A stretch of 64,000 nt of DNA from an uncultured Candidatus Saccharibacteria bacterium (GTDB lineage: Bacteria; Patescibacteriota; Minisyncoccia; Phycocordibacterales; WO2-35-19): assembly GCA_964589445.1 (NCBI GenBank), contig CAZPQX010000002.1, forward strand, positions 91,882 to 155,881. Direction: 5' to 3'. Position numbers and translations under genes: made by a program. Below are positions 37,947 to 46,647 of the stretch, one piece after another. A model generated the notes under the pieces. It did no database searches. It had not been told where the DNA came from and saw nothing but the letters and a program-made list of their open reading frames with translations. Every line of letters starts with the position of its first letter. Position 1 is the stretch's first letter.

Positions 37947-39629
37947 TTAAACTTTTGCTTTTGGTAGCTCTATAGTGAAAATGCTGCCCTTGCCCTCCCC
38001 TTCTGAAAATACTTTTATTTTGCCGCCTTGGTCTTCGGCCATCTTTTGGGCGATGTATAAACCTAGACCGGTGCCTATCACATTTGTCTTGTTTGCTGAT
38101 TTGCTCCTAGAGAATTTATTGAATAGTTTACCTACTTCACTTGGGTCGATGCCGATGCCGGTGTCTTTTATTTTTATCATCACCTTTTCGGAATCTGAAA
38201 GGAGCGATACGGTGATGCCTCCGTTTATAGTGTATTTTACTGAATTGTCTATAATGTTGCCTATCACCTGTCTTATCTTGTCTCTGTCTGCGTTTACTTC
38301 TGATTCGAAATTGTTTGGAATTTCAAGTTTTATTGATAGTTTGCTTTTTTCTATATTTAGTTTGTGTTCCTCTACAACTTCTTTTACCAAATCCTTTATT
38401 TGGAATACTGTTTTTTCATAAACCATTTTGCCTTGCTCAATCCTAGAAATATTTAGGAAGTCGTTGACTATGTTTATTAGGTTTTGGTTGGAGCGCATGA
38501 TCACTTTGACTGCTTCTTCTGCTTTTGGAGGCAGTGTGCCGAACTCTCCTTCGGTGAGCATGGATGTGTAACCTTTCATCGCTGTGAGGGGCGCGCGCAT
38601 CTGGTGGGAAGCGAGAGAGAGGAATTCGGATTTCATCTGATCGAGGTCAGTAAGTTTGCTATTTGCGAACTCCAAATCCTTGGCCAAAAGTTCTATTTTT
38701 TCTCTTTGCTCGACTTCACGCTTGACGGAGCGGATGAGGTATATTCCTAATATTGTGAAAAGCATCAGAGTTAGAGAAACCACAACCCGAGCATTTTCCA
38801 CTGTTCTAACAAAAAGTATAGATACTATCAAAAACCAAATAGAAGTTACTAAAACTTCTGAACCAATAATTTTTATATTAAAAGCTTTAAATCGCACTAT
38901 CTGATAACTGAGTATCCCCAAAAATACTGGTATTCCTATATATCCTATCTGCCCGATATACCAATTTTCTGTAATTACTTCTGCGATGTTACCAAGAGAG
39001 AAACTAAAAAGAAAAAGACATATGCCCAAAGCAGTAAAAATTATTTGTTTTCTTGTTGACCACTCTTTATTTTTTCTATATCTATCGAATGCCAGCAAGA
39101 CTACCCACAAAACTATTATGATCTCAACGAAGTAACCGTATTTGGGCAAAATTCCTTCTATGGCTACCCTGTCGCAGTTTGTAAGGTTAAAACCGGTAAG
39201 GGCTAGGCTTGTAGGCGCTAATAAGAAGGTTGGTATTAAGAGTGTGTAAGAAATTATTTTTGCTTTCAAATTTTCTTGTTTGTCAATAAACACGTAAAAA
39301 AATCTAAGGGCAAAAACATATATAAGTGGCTCCAGTATTATTTCTAAACTCCAAAAAAACATTGATAATTCTGGTCTGTCAGTTGCCCAAAGTACAAGAT
39401 CTGAAAAAAGCCAAGCACTTATTGCACATGTGAGGTAAAAGAGTATTTTATTCGTTAACCCTTTTTTATTATTTATAAATATAAAAAGACCAAAGAAAGC
39501 AACAATTATGAGTGTTCCTAAGTGTGAATAATAAATTAGCGGAGCAAATACGTTTTCTGAAAATATTAGAAATTTAGCCTCACTCCAGGCACATAATTTT
39601 ATTGTTTCTGTTACTATGTTGCCCTCCAT
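37947..39629 (-). CDS. sensor histidine kinase with multi-TM N-terminus
   Basis: ASHQMRAPL H-box, N..DN..KYT, DTG.G, GTGLGL. Confidence 0.92.
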   Translation of the reverse strand: MEGNIVTETIKLCAWSEAKFLIFSENVFAPLIYYSHLGTLIIVAFFGLFIFINNKKGLTNKILFYLTCAISAWLFSDLVLWATDRPELSMFFWSLEIILEPLIYVFALRFFYVFIDKQENLKAKIISYTLLIPTFLLAPTSLALTGFNLTNCDRVAIEGILPKYGYFVEIIIVLWVVLLAFDRYRKNKEWSTRKQIIFTALGICLFLFSFSLGNIAEVITENWYIGQIGYIGIPVFLGILSYQIVRFKAFNIKIIGSEVLVTSIWFLIVSILFVRTVENARVVVSLTLMLFTILGIYLIRSVKREVEQREKIELLAKDLEFANSKLTDLDQMKSEFLSLASHQMRAPLTAMKGYTSMLTEGEFGTLPPKAEEAVKVIMRSNQNLINIVNDFLNISRIEQGKMVYEKTVFQIKDLVKEVVEEHKLNIEKSKLSIKLEIPNNFESEVNADRDKIRQVIGNIIDNSVKYTINGGITVSLLSDSEKVMIKIKDTGIGIDPSEVGKLFNKFSRSKSANKTNVIGTGLGLYIAQKMAEDQGGKIKVFSEGEGKGSIFTIELPKAKV

Positions 39630-39739
39630 TTTTTAGATAAAAAAAACAAAATATTTAAAATACAAATATCTGATTGATATTGCTACAACGGTAAGGATTA
39701 AGCCAATAACAAGACAAATATCTAGTACTTTAATTAACT

Positions 39740-40216
39740 TCATGTACTTTTATTATACACCTTCATAAAATAAGTAGGTATAAATGGAGTGTATTTCTTA
39801 ATTAATTTTTTAGGTAAATGTTGGATAGATTTTATTAATTTTCTACAGTTTTTATTTCTACAATTACATTCCATGTACCAAAAATTATCTATCTCTGTTA
39901 TAGAGTAGTCTATGGTAATTTCATCACCTTTTTTTATATTTTTCAGAGCAGTTACACTTACTTTTCCTTTTATACCGCAGTTGGGTTCACAAGAATGGTT
40001 TATATAGACACCAGGAGCAATAACATCCATCCATTTATTTTTACCTATACCTACCCAGTTAGGTCCGTACAGGGATGACTCTTCATCTGTTACTTTCCAG
40101 TCATCAATTATTTTTCCTCTAAAGATAAAAATTATATCCCCTCTCTTAAAATCTTTATTTGCGAATAAGCCGTTTCCTTGTATTTTACTTTCTCTAATTT
40201 CTATTCCCTTAGACAT
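39740..40216 (-). CDS. SET-domain protein-lysine methyltransferase
   Basis: G.GLFA, INHSCEPN, EITIDY, post-SET C.C....C. Confidence 0.9.
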   Translation of the reverse strand: MSKGIEIRESKIQGNGLFANKDFKRGDIIFIFRGKIIDDWKVTDEESSLYGPNWVGIGKNKWMDVIAPGVYINHSCEPNCGIKGKVSVTALKNIKKGDEITIDYSITEIDNFWYMECNCRNKNCRKLIKSIQHLPKKLIKKYTPFIPTYFMKVYNKST

Positions 40217-40221
40217 GTTTG

Positions 40222-40788
40222 TTATTTTTTTCTGTATAAAATTCCAGTAATTATGCCATCTATAATGAATGTGTATATAGGATAAATTATAACACCAAAT
40301 AATAATTTGTCAATCGCAAAAAGATTAAGTAAATTACCAGTTTGTGTGATGGTCCAAGCAAAACGATCTTCTTCGTGAGGTTCTTGCCAAGATTTTTTTA
40401 TTGTAGGAAGCGCTGCGAAAAAATCTATTGCCAGGTTTGTTACTAATGCGACTATAGGTGAACCATATATCCACCAGAGAAGTAAACTAAAAAGAGAACC
40501 GACAAAAGCTATAATGTCGATTCTCTCTGCTCCTCCCTTACCATACTTTATGGCCAGCAAGGCTATGATAGTTGGGGCAATTGCTTCACTTACTGCTACC
40601 CAAACTGTATCCTCTGCCCCACTTTCCTTATAGCTTATGGCAAGTATTATCCCTATAAAAGCCCATATAAACCAAGTCGCTCGGCTTGGTTTGGTTGTGC
40701 CTTTTATTATTGCTGCTATATAAAAAAGATAAGCAGAGAATGAGAGTATCCCGGCTATTATCCCAAATTGGCTAGTATAACTAAGCAT
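40222..40788 (-). CDS. multi-TM membrane protein
   Basis: Y..AI..G.TKPSRATWFIW...LPTIKKSW..P..E; paralogous to 29660-30211. Confidence 0.75.
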   Translation of the reverse strand: MLSYTSQFGIIAGILSFSAYLFYIAAIIKGTTKPSRATWFIWAFIGIILAISYKESGAEDTVWVAVSEAIAPTIIALLAIKYGKGGAERIDIIAFVGSLFSLLLWWIYGSPIVALVTNLAIDFFAALPTIKKSWQEPHEEDRFAWTITQTGNLLNLFAIDKLLFGVIIYPIYTFIIDGIITGILYRKK

Positions 40789-40849
40789 TTATAAAAAATC
40801 AGAAATAAAATTACTATAAAATTCTACCACAGGTACTCTGGTTTTTAAA

Positions 40850-42211
40850 TTACAAGAAGTTCTTTTTTCGTTTTTTGCGGTGGAAGGTGATGGCGAAGCG
40901 GTGGGATTCGTTGTTTGCGAGGAGGATTTGCTTTTCGTAGGCGGTCGCCATTTTTGGGTCGCCAAGTATTTCGCGTGGTTTGTGTCTCTCATCTTTTACT
41001 ACGCTGACTAGTGCAATATTTAGATTTAGTTTTTGGAGGACGCTCCTCGCGGCACTGAGCTGCTGCTCTCCCCCATCTACAACTATAAGATTTGGCAGCA
41101 GCCATTCGCTGTGACCCATCCTCCTTTCTATGATTTCTTTTATCGCACCTGTGTCCCCTCTCGACTCTTCCCTCTTGATATTGAACATCCTGTATTCATT
41201 TTTGTTTATCTCGCCGTTTTCTATGACTGTCATCACTCCGACTCTGCTCTCGCCAGAAATGTGGGCAACATCGTAGCTTTCGATACGGAAAGACTGGCTC
41301 GTTGGTTCGGAATCATTTTTGATCAAGGCAATATCGTGTATATGCTTTAGTGCAAAAACCTTTTTCTTTATTTCGTCTGCTTTTTCAAAATCTTTTTGTT
41401 TAGCTAGAGCTTTCATATCCTTCTCGAGGTCGCTTATGAGTTTTCCTTTTTTGCCTTCAAAAAAAGTTTTGATATTTTCTATTATTTTTTTGTATTCCTT
41501 TTGACTTATCACCCCGGCACAAACTCCTGGGCAAAGGCCAATTTGGTAATTGAAGCAGCCTTTTACTGTTTTGAATAAATCCGAAGTATTGTCCTCGAGA
41601 GCAACTTTCGGACCACGACCGGTGGGAGAAGGAGGATATTTTTCAGCAGAAAAATAATCCGTTTGCTCGAGAGGATAATTCTGAGGATTTATTTTTCGGT
41701 TAATTTGTAATGGCATACACTTGTCCCTAAAAGGGAAAATTTTCCTGACAATTTTCATGGCTTCTCTTAGCTGCCCGCCGTTTGTGAATGGTCCAAATTT
41801 GTATTTGATATTTAATTCTTGAGGATTACGCTCGAGTTCTCTTTCTCTCCTCAGCAAAACCCTTGGGAACTCTTCGTCTGTGATGACTACATAATTCCAG
41901 CTTCTTTGGTCTTTGAGTGCAGTGTTGTATGGAGGTAGGTGTTTTTTTATTTCTCTAGCTTCGAGTATGAGGGCTTCGAGGACCGACTCGGTTTGTTCAA
42001 ATTTGATGTTTGCTATCTCCTCTACCATCTTGGCTATGAGAGGGCTTCTTTTTTCAGCAATATCAAGAGTAAAGTAGCTCCTCACTCTGTTTCGGAGAGA
42101 CGTCGCTTTGCCTATATAAAGTATGTTGTTTGTCTCCCCCAAAAATGTGTATATTCCGGGTGTAGTGGGCAAACCCTTTACTTTTGACTGTATTTCTTGC
42201 TGTTTTGGCAT
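40850..42211 (-). CDS. uvrC: excinuclease UvrC (short form, with in-frame insertion)
   Basis: LP..PGIY.F...YIGKA..LR.RV.SYF, UVR domain, RIE.YD, VDGG..Q, E.HRFAI.FHR. Confidence 0.9.
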   Translation of the reverse strand: MPKQQEIQSKVKGLPTTPGIYTFLGETNNILYIGKATSLRNRVRSYFTLDIAEKRSPLIAKMVEEIANIKFEQTESVLEALILEAREIKKHLPPYNTALKDQRSWNYVVITDEEFPRVLLRRERELERNPQELNIKYKFGPFTNGGQLREAMKIVRKIFPFRDKCMPLQINRKINPQNYPLEQTDYFSAEKYPPSPTGRGPKVALEDNTSDLFKTVKGCFNYQIGLCPGVCAGVISQKEYKKIIENIKTFFEGKKGKLISDLEKDMKALAKQKDFEKADEIKKKVFALKHIHDIALIKNDSEPTSQSFRIESYDVAHISGESRVGVMTVIENGEINKNEYRMFNIKREESRGDTGAIKEIIERRMGHSEWLLPNLIVVDGGEQQLSAARSVLQKLNLNIALVSVVKDERHKPREILGDPKMATAYEKQILLANNESHRFAITFHRKKRKKNFL

Positions 42212-42234
42212 AATTACACTATAATTTATCATTC

Positions 42235-43536
42235 ATGTTTGGCTTAAGCAAAAAGAAAATTTCAATAGAGGGATACAAAGGCGTCAGGGATTTTTATCCG
42301 CGGGACAAGGCAATTCAAAATTTCCTCTTTAGTACTATGAGAAAAGTGGCTGAAAAGTATGGCTACGAAGAGTATGACTCCTCTGTACTCGAGCCCATCG
42401 AGCTTTATAAGGCAAAATCTAGTGAAGAAATAGTAAATGAGCAGATTTATTCTTTCGTAGATCGCGGAGGTCGCCAGGTGGCTTTGAGACCCGAGATGAC
42501 GCCGACTGTTTCGAGGATGGTGGGAGCAAAATGGCAAGACCTGCCTGCTCCTGTGAGATGGTACTCCATACCAAATGTTTTTAGATATGAAAAACCTCAG
42601 CGAGGGAGGCTCCGCGAGCACTGGCAGCTCAACCTCGACATCTTTGGGGTGAGCGGAGTGGCTGCTGACCTCGAAGTGATATCTGTGGCTTGTGGCATCC
42701 TCAAGGAGTTTGGTGCTACCGAAGATCATTTTACAGTAAAAATAAATAGTCGAGAGCTTTTGGACGAGCTTTTTGAGAGGGCTGATATAGAAGAAGACAG
42801 AAGAGTTTTTGTTTATAGGCTTCTCGACAAAAAGGAAAAGATGTCTGATGACGAATTTAGAAAGTCTCTCATCTCTCTTACAGATGAAAAGAGAGCTGGC
42901 AATATACTCGAAGCACTTTATATAAAAGAAGGTTTGCTTTCTGTGATGTCAGAGAGTCCAAAAGTCAGATACCTAAGCGAGCTCATCGCTGCTCTCAGAG
43001 CTAGTGGTATAAACAACATAGAGTTTGCTCCTACCTTGACTCGCGGCTTCGACTACTACACTTCGACTGTCTTTGAAATATTTGATAAGTCGCCTGACAA
43101 TCCACGATCTATTTTTGGAGGAGGTAGGTACGATGAGCTCGTTGGCTCTTTCGTGGGCGACAAGGTGCCGGCGGCTGGTTTTGGTATGGGAGATGTGACC
43201 CTTAAAGACTTCCTCGAGACTCACGGCCTTTTGCCACAAATAAATTCATCGGCTGATTTGTATATTTGTATTGCTCCAGAGACTCCCCTTTCTGAAGTAA
43301 ACAAAGTGGCCGATAATTTTAGAAATAAAGAAATCAATGTAGCCGTTGATATCTCGGGGAGGAAACTCTCGGATCAGCTTAGAAGTCTGGATAAAAGAAA
43401 TATCCCATTTGTACTCACTGTCGGGAAGGATGAAATAGAAAAAAATATTTTTGCTTTGAGGAACACCAAGACAAGAGAAGAGAATAAAGGGTCTTGTGAA
43501 GAATTGGCAGAGATTATAAAATCTACCAATTCCTAA
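42235..43536 (+). CDS. hisS: histidine--tRNA ligase
   Basis: G.RD, LRPEMT, FRYEKPQRGR.RE, RGFDYYT, GGGRYD. Confidence 0.96.
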   Translation: MFGLSKKKISIEGYKGVRDFYPRDKAIQNFLFSTMRKVAEKYGYEEYDSSVLEPIELYKAKSSEEIVNEQIYSFVDRGGRQVALRPEMTPTVSRMVGAKWQDLPAPVRWYSIPNVFRYEKPQRGRLREHWQLNLDIFGVSGVAADLEVISVACGILKEFGATEDHFTVKINSRELLDELFERADIEEDRRVFVYRLLDKKEKMSDDEFRKSLISLTDEKRAGNILEALYIKEGLLSVMSESPKVRYLSELIAALRASGINNIEFAPTLTRGFDYYTSTVFEIFDKSPDNPRSIFGGGRYDELVGSFVGDKVPAAGFGMGDVTLKDFLETHGLLPQINSSADLYICIAPETPLSEVNKVADNFRNKEINVAVDISGRKLSDQLRSLDKRNIPFVLTVGKDEIEKNIFALRNTKTREENKGSCEELAEIIKSTNS

Positions 43537-43560
43537 TATTAAATAATACTAAACAGAAAG

Positions 43561-44139
43561 ATGAAAAAGATTGTTTTTGACATAGAAACTCAAAATACTT
43601 TTCAAGAAGTCGGGAGTAATGACCCGAGCCAACTCTCGATATCTTTGGTAGGTGTCTATGACTATGAGACAGGAGAATACTCGAGCTATCTCGAAAATGA
43701 ACTTGGTAGTTTGTGGAGGCTAATTGAAAATACAGAAGCACTCATCACATTCAACGGCGACCATTTTGATATTCCCCTTTTAAATAAGTATTACCCCGGT
43801 GATTTGCTCAAAATAAAAAGCGTGGACTTGCTAAAAGAAATGCAAAAGTCGGCTGGTCGTAGGATGAAGCTCGACCAGATAGCCGAAGGTACTCTAGGGG
43901 TAAAAAAGAGCGGGCACGGGCTCGACGCTATCAGGTGGTGGAAGGAGGGAGATATAGAAAGTATAAGAAAGTATTGTTTGGACGATGTGAAGATCACTAA
44001 AGATGTTTATGAATATGCTCTCAAAAACGGGAAACTTATTTTCAAAGAAGGTCCAAATTTAAATGAAGTGAAGCTCGACACTCGTGACTGGGAAAAGTTG
44101 GAAGACAAGGGCGCAATGAATTTCACTCTGCCTTTTTAG
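43561..44139 (+). CDS. RNase H-like (DEDDy) exonuclease domain protein
   Basis: FDIET, FNG..FD, YC..DV. Confidence 0.85.
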   Translation: MKKIVFDIETQNTFQEVGSNDPSQLSISLVGVYDYETGEYSSYLENELGSLWRLIENTEALITFNGDHFDIPLLNKYYPGDLLKIKSVDLLKEMQKSAGRRMKLDQIAEGTLGVKKSGHGLDAIRWWKEGDIESIRKYCLDDVKITKDVYEYALKNGKLIFKEGPNLNEVKLDTRDWEKLEDKGAMNFTLPF

Positions 44140-44297
44140 AGCAAAAATAAAAAACCTAAAACAAAATTATGATCTCCGTGGGAACCCTTTAGGGAGGAAC
44201 AGTCAATATTTTCGTTTTTATTTTTTGTAATTATATTTTAGACAAAACATCAAAAAACATGAAGCAGAATTTTGCTTCAGGTTTTTGTTTACTAGAT

Positions 44298-45077
44298 TTA
44301 CAAAAACAAAAGTATGGCTGCGGCGAGGAGAAGGCGGTAAACGATGAATGCGTTGAAGCTGTGATTTGAAAGGTATTTTACCAAGAATTTGATAGAAAGA
44401 ATGCCTGATACAAATGCAGCGATGAAGCCGGCTAGCATAGGCAAACTGACTATGCTTACAAGAGAACCCCATGAGTCTAGGAGTGTCTTGAGTGCTGCAC
44501 CTGCTATCACCGGGATACCAAGTAGGAATGCAAACTTGATAGACTCTTCTCTTGATAGTCCAGAAATGAGACCTCCTGAAATGGTGATGCCTGAGCGGGA
44601 AACTCCAGGGATGAGTGCGAGAGCTTGGAAGATGCCTATCAGGAAGCCTTTAGGCAAGCTGATGCCGCCCTTGTCTTTGCTTATCCTGTCTGCTATCCAA
44701 AAAACTGCACTGCCTGCCACAAGTGCATATGCTACATTTTCAGGGCTTCTAAAAATTTGCTCTATTTTGTCTTGAAAGAAGAAACCAGTTAAAACTGCGG
44801 GGATGCTGCCTAAAAGGATGGCATAAATAAGTTTGGAACTACGAGAACTCAAACCTTCTGATTTGGCGTCGAGCAAGAGTCTTTTTATTTCTCCCCAGAA
44901 AAAGTAAATGATGACGAGGAGTGTAGATAGGTGGAGGAGCACATCGAAGCTTATGCTGCCTGTGAGGTCGAGTCCGAGCAGCTCCCTCGCTAGTATCAGG
45001 TGACCTGAGGAGGATATGGGCATAAACTCTGTGATGCCTTGTACTATTCCTAAAATGATACCTTCGATGATGCTCAT
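44298..45077 (-). CDS. uppP: undecaprenyl-diphosphate phosphatase
   Basis: QGITEFMPISSSGHL, PGVSRSG.T. Confidence 0.95.
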   Translation of the reverse strand: MSIIEGIILGIVQGITEFMPISSSGHLILARELLGLDLTGSISFDVLLHLSTLLVIIYFFWGEIKRLLLDAKSEGLSSRSSKLIYAILLGSIPAVLTGFFFQDKIEQIFRSPENVAYALVAGSAVFWIADRISKDKGGISLPKGFLIGIFQALALIPGVSRSGITISGGLISGLSREESIKFAFLLGIPVIAGAALKTLLDSWGSLVSIVSLPMLAGFIAAFVSGILSIKFLVKYLSNHSFNAFIVYRLLLAAAILLFL

Positions 45078-45114
45078 GATTTTGGTCTGTGTTATTATTA
45101 TGATTATATTATAC

Positions 45115-45831
45115 ATGAAAGACAATCTATTGCTTCCAATTTCTATAGTAGTGGCTGGGCTCATCATAGGGGCTGGCTTTTACTTTTCTAGGACTCCTGG
45201 TACACCACTCGCCACTCCTCAAGGTCCAAACAACCCAGAACAAATCCAAAAACAAGCTGATCTCATGGCTAGTATGAGAGAAATAGATAGGAACGACCAT
45301 GTGCTCGGCGATAGTGACGCCCGGATCGTGCTAGTAGAATACTCTGACCCTGAATGCGCTTTTTGTAAGATGTTCCACTCCACCATGCTCTCTCTCATGG
45401 ATGAATACGGCAAGGCGGGGCAGCTTTCTTGGGTTTATCGTCACTTCCCCATCACTGAGATACATCCAAATGCTTTTAGAAAGGCAGAGGCTATGGAGTG
45501 CATCGCAGCTCTCGGGGATGAAAATAAATTTTGGCAATTTACAAACTTGATGTATGAAAGATCGGCAGAAGATGGGAGTCTCGCTCTCACGGAGCTTCCA
45601 AAAATAGCAAAGGAGGTGGGCGTCGACGAAGCGAAAATGCGTGTGTGTATGGAGAGCGGCGAGATGACAGCGAGAGTAGAGATGGACGTCAACAACGCGC
45701 GAGAAATGGGCTTCACAGGCACTCCGCAAAGTATATTGATAGACAGGAAGACCGGAGACACCTACCCCATCCAAGGCGCATTCCCTTATTTCCAAATGAA
45801 GCAGGCTATTGATTTGATACTCGAATCTTAA
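45115..45831 (+). CDS. DsbA-like thioredoxin-fold protein
   Basis: EYSD.ECAFC, RHFP, GTP, GA.P. Confidence 0.9.
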   Translation: MKDNLLLPISIVVAGLIIGAGFYFSRTPGTPLATPQGPNNPEQIQKQADLMASMREIDRNDHVLGDSDARIVLVEYSDPECAFCKMFHSTMLSLMDEYGKAGQLSWVYRHFPITEIHPNAFRKAEAMECIAALGDENKFWQFTNLMYERSAEDGSLALTELPKIAKEVGVDEAKMRVCMESGEMTARVEMDVNNAREMGFTGTPQSILIDRKTGDTYPIQGAFPYFQMKQAIDLILES

Positions 45832-46400
45832 GGAATAAATTTGAATGTGGAGAGGATTTCATTCAATAATTTTTCATTTTTGGAAGAAAAATTAAATATT
45901 CCAAAATTTGTCTTTTGTTCGTAAGAAATATTTTTTTCATAATCCTCATATCTGGTCCATTCAAAATCACCTGTTTTTATTTGCTTAGTATTTAACTTAG
46001 GAGGATAGGTTATTTCTATATCAGGATTTAAGTTTACAAAAGTTAATTCCTGAATTTCTTTTTTGGGTGAATAAAATAAATAAATCGTGTCTTTTTGAAT
46101 ATCTGTTGTCCATTCTTTTGGTATCTTTATTTCAAACCCGTACTCCTCATTTCTGTACGTCTGCCAGCCGGTCATGTCGGTCGAAGTGGCTACTTCTGCG
46201 GCTGTGGCTCTGTGGACTCTTGGTGTATAGGCGTATTCTGTATCGTCGTATGCATAAAGATAGGTAGAAATAAACCAGATAGCATAGCCTCCGGAGAGGA
46301 ACATGATAGCTACAAGAGTGATCAAAAAGTCGTAGCTTTTTTGGGGGTTTGGCCCTATTTTTTTTGGAGTTTCAAAATGGCTTTGTACGTCTGGAATCAT
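45828..46400 (-). CDS. membrane-anchored protein with PsbP-like domain
   Basis: TM helix; WQTY.N.EYGFEI..P..W...ILSTFKF. Confidence 0.7.
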   Translation of the reverse strand: MIPDVQSHFETPKKIGPNPQKSYDFLITLVAIMFLSGGYAIWFISTYLYAYDDTEYAYTPRVHRATAAEVATSTDMTGWQTYRNEEYGFEIKIPKEWTTDIQKDTIYLFYSPKKEIQELTFVNLNPDIEITYPPKLNTKQIKTGDFEWTRYEDYEKNISYEQKTNFGIFNFSSKNEKLLNEILSTFKFIP

Positions 46401-46469
46401 TTTTCTTTAATTATAATTTTTGTGAGTCTCTTGTGCTAGTGCTGCTGTTGATAATAATTTGGAATCTAA

Positions 46470-46647
46470 TTTTTTCTGCAGTATTTGCATTCTGGGTCTT
46501 CGCATACTTCGTCCAAGAGATTGCCAGACATAACTTTTTCAATAAGTATTTTTATTTTTTCTGCAGTATTTGCATTCTGGGTCTTCGCATACTTCGTCCA
46601 AGAGATTGCCAGACATAACTTTTTCAATAAGTATTTTTATTTTTTCT
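46470..46647. repeat. 85-bp tandem duplication at the 3' end of the helicase gene
   Basis: CTGCAGTATTTG.. starts at 46476 and again at 46561. Confidence 0.9.
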
